A DNA stretch of 64,000 nucleotides from the NCBI RefSeq assembly GCF_009914755.1, contig NC_060926.1, one strand, 5' to 3'. A program made the translations under genes and the position numbers. Of the stretch, positions 59,810-64,000 are shown piece after piece. The stretch's first letter is position 1, and every line of letters begins with the position of its first letter. The DNA is from the human T2T-CHM13v2.0 reference genome, Homo sapiens. A model generated the notes under the pieces. That model did no database searches, had not been told where the DNA came from, and saw only the letters and a program-made list of their open reading frames with translations.

Positions 59810-62800
59810 TAATTTTATGAGCAAGGCTGTTTATTCATATGGTTCAAAAGCAAAAATGTATTAAAAGTATACAATTATACACTAAAAAATGTCATTCCAT
59901 CTGGTCCTGTGTTCCCTATTTCCACTTTACCCCCACCCCCACAGGAGGCCACTATTATTGGTTTCTCGTATGTTGTTCTCAAGTTTAGTTTGGAATATTT
60001 AAGAAAATTATTACAGACTCATTTTTCTACTTTTTCCATACTGTTCTTCACTTGTCTGTATATCACATAGATCATTAAATCTTACAGATCTTTGCTCATC
60101 AGTATATAGTTTCTTTATTGTTTTTCTTAATTTTTTTATAAGATTCCACTGTATTAATCTAACACAATCTATTTAACTAATTTTGACCTTTACCCATTAG
60201 GGACATTTGGATTGTTTCTAATCTTTTGTTATCACTAGGATGTACTTTATCATCTAACCAGGACACTTTTAAGAATGAAAGTGAAAGTTATTGTTTATTA
60301 TGCCAAGAAAATTGATGTAATTTGGGGTTTTCCTAGGCAAGCTAGAATGAAGGTCATGCTGGCTATTAAAAATAATATTGTAATGAGTAATTGTTACGTA
60401 TACGCTACATGCAAGTATATTTGTAAGATAAATTCCCCAATATCCTTTTTGAGTTAAAGGTATAGGCATTGGTAACTTGATAGATACTACCAATATCCTT
60501 TCATAGAAATTATACCACTTTACACTCCACAAATAATGGACACATTTCCCCACAGGCAATATGCAGTGATACCCAGTATGCTATCAAACATTTTAATTTT
60601 GGCCAATCTGATAGGTAAAACATGATAGCTCAGTATAGTTTTCATTCACATATTTTATTATGAGAAAATTTGACAGTTTTGTCATATATTGAAAAATCAT
60701 TTGTATTTCCTTGTTCGAATGATTAGCTAATTTCCCTTGCCTATATTTTTATTAGGTTATTGATATTTTAATTATTTATATCTAGTATTTCTTTATATGT
60801 AAAGAATATTAATTCTTTGTGAATTGAGTTGCAAACATTTCTACTTTGCTCATTTTTTGTGTCACACAAATGTTTATTATTTTTGTACATTTTTATGCCT
60901 TCTGGGCTTTGAGTCAGAATTCATAAAGTCATATATTTTAGAAGACTATAAAGAAATTATCCTATGTTATCTTTGAAATCATTATGATTTAATTTTTCTC
61001 ATTTAAATCACTGCTTTATTTATAATTTGTGCTAGTGTAGAATATATTTTTATTATTCAACTTCATTTTTTTCCAGATGATTGCCTAGCCATTCCAACAA
61101 GGTTTATGAAATAATTCTTCTTTTCTCCACTGCTACGATGCCATCTTTATTGTATTCAATCTGACCATGTATATTTGGATCTACTTCAAGATTTTATTTT
61201 ATTCATGTATCTACATCACATTTTTTAAACTAATGAATCCTTTTTAAAATCTTGTAGGGCTAGTCATCCTTAATTGCTCTTATTCTTAAGGATTTGCCTG
61301 ATTATTCTTTCTTGTGTAGTCTATGAAAATTTTAACTTGCAATATGTTGAATTCTCAAAGAAAGTGTGCTATGTTTATATTGAGATCATGTTAAAATCAC
61401 TAATTAACTTATGGAGAATTTATGTGAGTGTAATGTTTAGTCTTTCTAACCAAGAACATAATAGGACATTCAGTCTTTTAAATACTTAGTTTGAATTAGC
61501 AGTATTAAAAAATTTTCATCAGATCTCATACATTTTGTGTTAAGTTATCCTTAAGTGTCTGTTGCTATTACAAATGAGGAATTTTTATTCCTATTATTTC
61601 TTCTATGATGTAATTGTTTATACATAGTAAACCTATTAATTTCTGCTTGTTAATTTTGCACTCTCATGTCTTACTAAATTCTTTTATTTTTTGTAGTTTT
61701 ATTTTTACTCAATTTAATAGGTTTGTAAGCATACAATTGTATTTTCTGCAAATGGATAGTTTTTGCTCCTCTTTTTAGAGTTTTGAAACCTCTGATTTCT
61801 TTTTTTAATGTCAAATTATTTATTCAGGCACATTCAGTACTGTTAAATGGTAATGGTGATAATGGATACTCAGTCTATCTTTGTGTTTAGTAGGGATGCT
61901 TTTAGTATTAAGCATAATGAAACTTTTAAGTTGAGATGTAAATATTGTATTATGTTAGTATCATTTATTACCAAGTTAGTAACTGTCTTTATCAAAAGTA
62001 TTTACTGATCATTGTCAAATACTTTTACTTTAATTATGAAAGAATTCATATACTTTCTCTTCATAGATCTGTTAAGATAATTATTTTTATTAATAGCTTC
62101 CTTAATAGTCAATTATTTTGCACTTGTGGAATAATCGCCACTTTTTCATGAATAATTACTCTCTTAATATGCTAATAGACTTAATATTTTATTTAGAATT
62201 GTAAAAAAAATTTATGAGATCAGTTCATAGTTTTTTGTGTGTGTCATTGTTATTACTTTTGCTGTAAATAATATACTTCCTTCATAGTAAAACTTTGAAA
62301 GTTTGCTGTCTCTTTCAATGTTCAAGAAGAGGATTTAAAAGCATTAAAACCATCTGATTTCTTTTTAAGACCTTTTAGTTGTTTGACACAACTGTGAAAA
62401 CACCTGGACTTGCTGCTTTGGGAATCTAGCTGCTTTGCAAATTTCTCTGTTTCTTCTAAGAAAATCCATGTTCTAAGATTTTCTGTTTCTACCAGAGCTA
62501 GTCTTAGTAAATTACATTGTCTTAGAAAATTATTCATATTAGTTTTCAAATTTATGAAGATACAGTTGAATAAAGGGACCTCTTAATGATTCTTTCATGT
62601 TGTTTTACTTTCATTAGGTAATTTTTTCTTTATCATTTTTTGCTTTAGGTTAGATCTTTTGGTTGGGTTTTTATGGGACCATGTTTTGGATTTACATATT
62701 ATTTCTACTATATTTCAGTTTTCTCACTTTTCAACTTCTGTTTTTATCTTTACAATTTTTTTCTTCCACTTACTTTCAGTTTATTTTGTTGATTCTTTTT

Positions 62801-64000
62801 AACTTTTTGAGAAAGATGCTAAATGCACATACTTTTATTCTTTCTTTTTATTTATATAAGCATAGAACTATGATTTTTTGTTAAAATTTTAAAAATAAAA
62901 TGTTTCACTGTGTTTTCAAGTATCTTTGTTTGGTGTGTTAGAACTTCTTATGTTTAAAAAGATTTATATATTAGTTCTATCAATTATATTCCATATTCTG
63001 CTAAATTATGTTAACATTCTTTTACATTACTCATAGATCTGTATTTGTTTAGACAGTTTCTATTAGTTCCACTAAAATGAGCAATGATAAAATTGACAGT
63101 GTTTCTTTTTTCTTACATGCCGCTCAGGTTTTCTTCTAGCATTCCATTTTAACAAGGAAATGTTCTTTTTAGCATTTATTTTTGTAGTGTTAAATGTGCC
63201 ACTACTTTGTTCATGTGATTTGTCAGGTTTGAATGATATTATCTGACTTTCACCTTTAAAGATGAGGAATTACCAAACTCACTCTAGTTCATACTTTCTT
63301 TTGCCTCCCCCTTTCATTATATATGTTTTATAATTATTTCTGCATTGTCAGAAGCTATAATATTTACAATCCCATCTGTCACCCTAAGTTACACTTTTGT
63401 TTTAGTCTTTTTCTAGATTTAAATATAATAAATGCTCACATAAGTTCTTTGACAGTTTCTTCAATTAACTCTTGGTTGCCTTGCATTTAGCCGATGGTAG
63501 TTTCCCTGAGAAATTTATAGAAACAATAACCCCACAGAAATGCTTTTACTGTAGCTTTTATATTTGAAGGAGAGAATGGATTTATATTTAACTTTAATTA
63601 ACCATATTATCTCCTTAAGAAATATGTATATATTGCTCCACTGTCTTCTGACACTGGATACTGTGGAGAAATTTGTGACCAGTCTTAACAACTTTTCCCT
63701 TGAGAAATAATCTGTTCTTATTCTTTGACATTCTAAAGAAGTATTTATTTATCTTTAAAGTTTAATGACTTCATTAAGTTACATATGTCTCTGTTAACTC
63801 TTTTAGGTCAATTTTTCAGACATGTGGTTGCCATTTCAATATTGACATTAAAGTTTTACTTCATAAAATTTTTCTTGTATTATATTGTTATTTGTTCTAC
63901 TCAATTGTATTAATTTTTTCTTTGGGTGCCCATCTTCAGGGTTATCCCTTGCTTGCCTTCTACATCTATTATTTTTTAACTCTTTAAAAATTGTAATTCA
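59810..64000 (-). mobile_element. Ancient degraded L1 (L1M-type), same orientation as the gene; boundaries approximate
   Basis: Long T-rich + strand; ORF 62322..62549(-) ETENLRTWIFLEETEKFAKQL resembles L1 ORF2 EIENLNRPI..EIE.VIKNL; ggacatttggattgtttc is typical of antisense L1M 3' regions. Confidence 0.6.

Overview
This window is eukaryotic, primate and almost certainly human genomic DNA: it is AT-rich, CpG-poor and carries Alu elements, including a near-consensus AluYa5-lineage copy. It lies entirely inside a minus-strand fibrillar collagen gene that I recognise from the spliced peptide as COL5A2 (pro-alpha2(V) collagen). I mapped 45 GT-AG-bounded coding exons by hand, from a 14-nt microexon at 59472-59485 to a 54-nt exon at 11-64. 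They total 3041 nt and correspond to exons 3-47 in the usual 54-exon numbering (numbering from recall). They encode the end of the N-propeptide, the interrupted minor helix, the N-telopeptide and major-helix residues 1-909 as uninterrupted Gly-X-Y. The introns hold about ten Alus, a FAM monomer, a near full-length Tigger1, an LTR16/ERVL remnant, MIR/L2/MER5/MER20 fragments, an old L1 and microsatellites. The supplied ORFs are almost all spurious (Alu, microsatellite or antisense-to-exon frames). I see no solid evidence of a new biological system. The best leads are an inverted Alu pair around exons 24-29 that could make a stop-free circular RNA, a CTCF motif/(AC)52/young Alu cluster in intron 6, possible Alu-Alu gene conversion, and a ~165-bp local duplication in intron 17.
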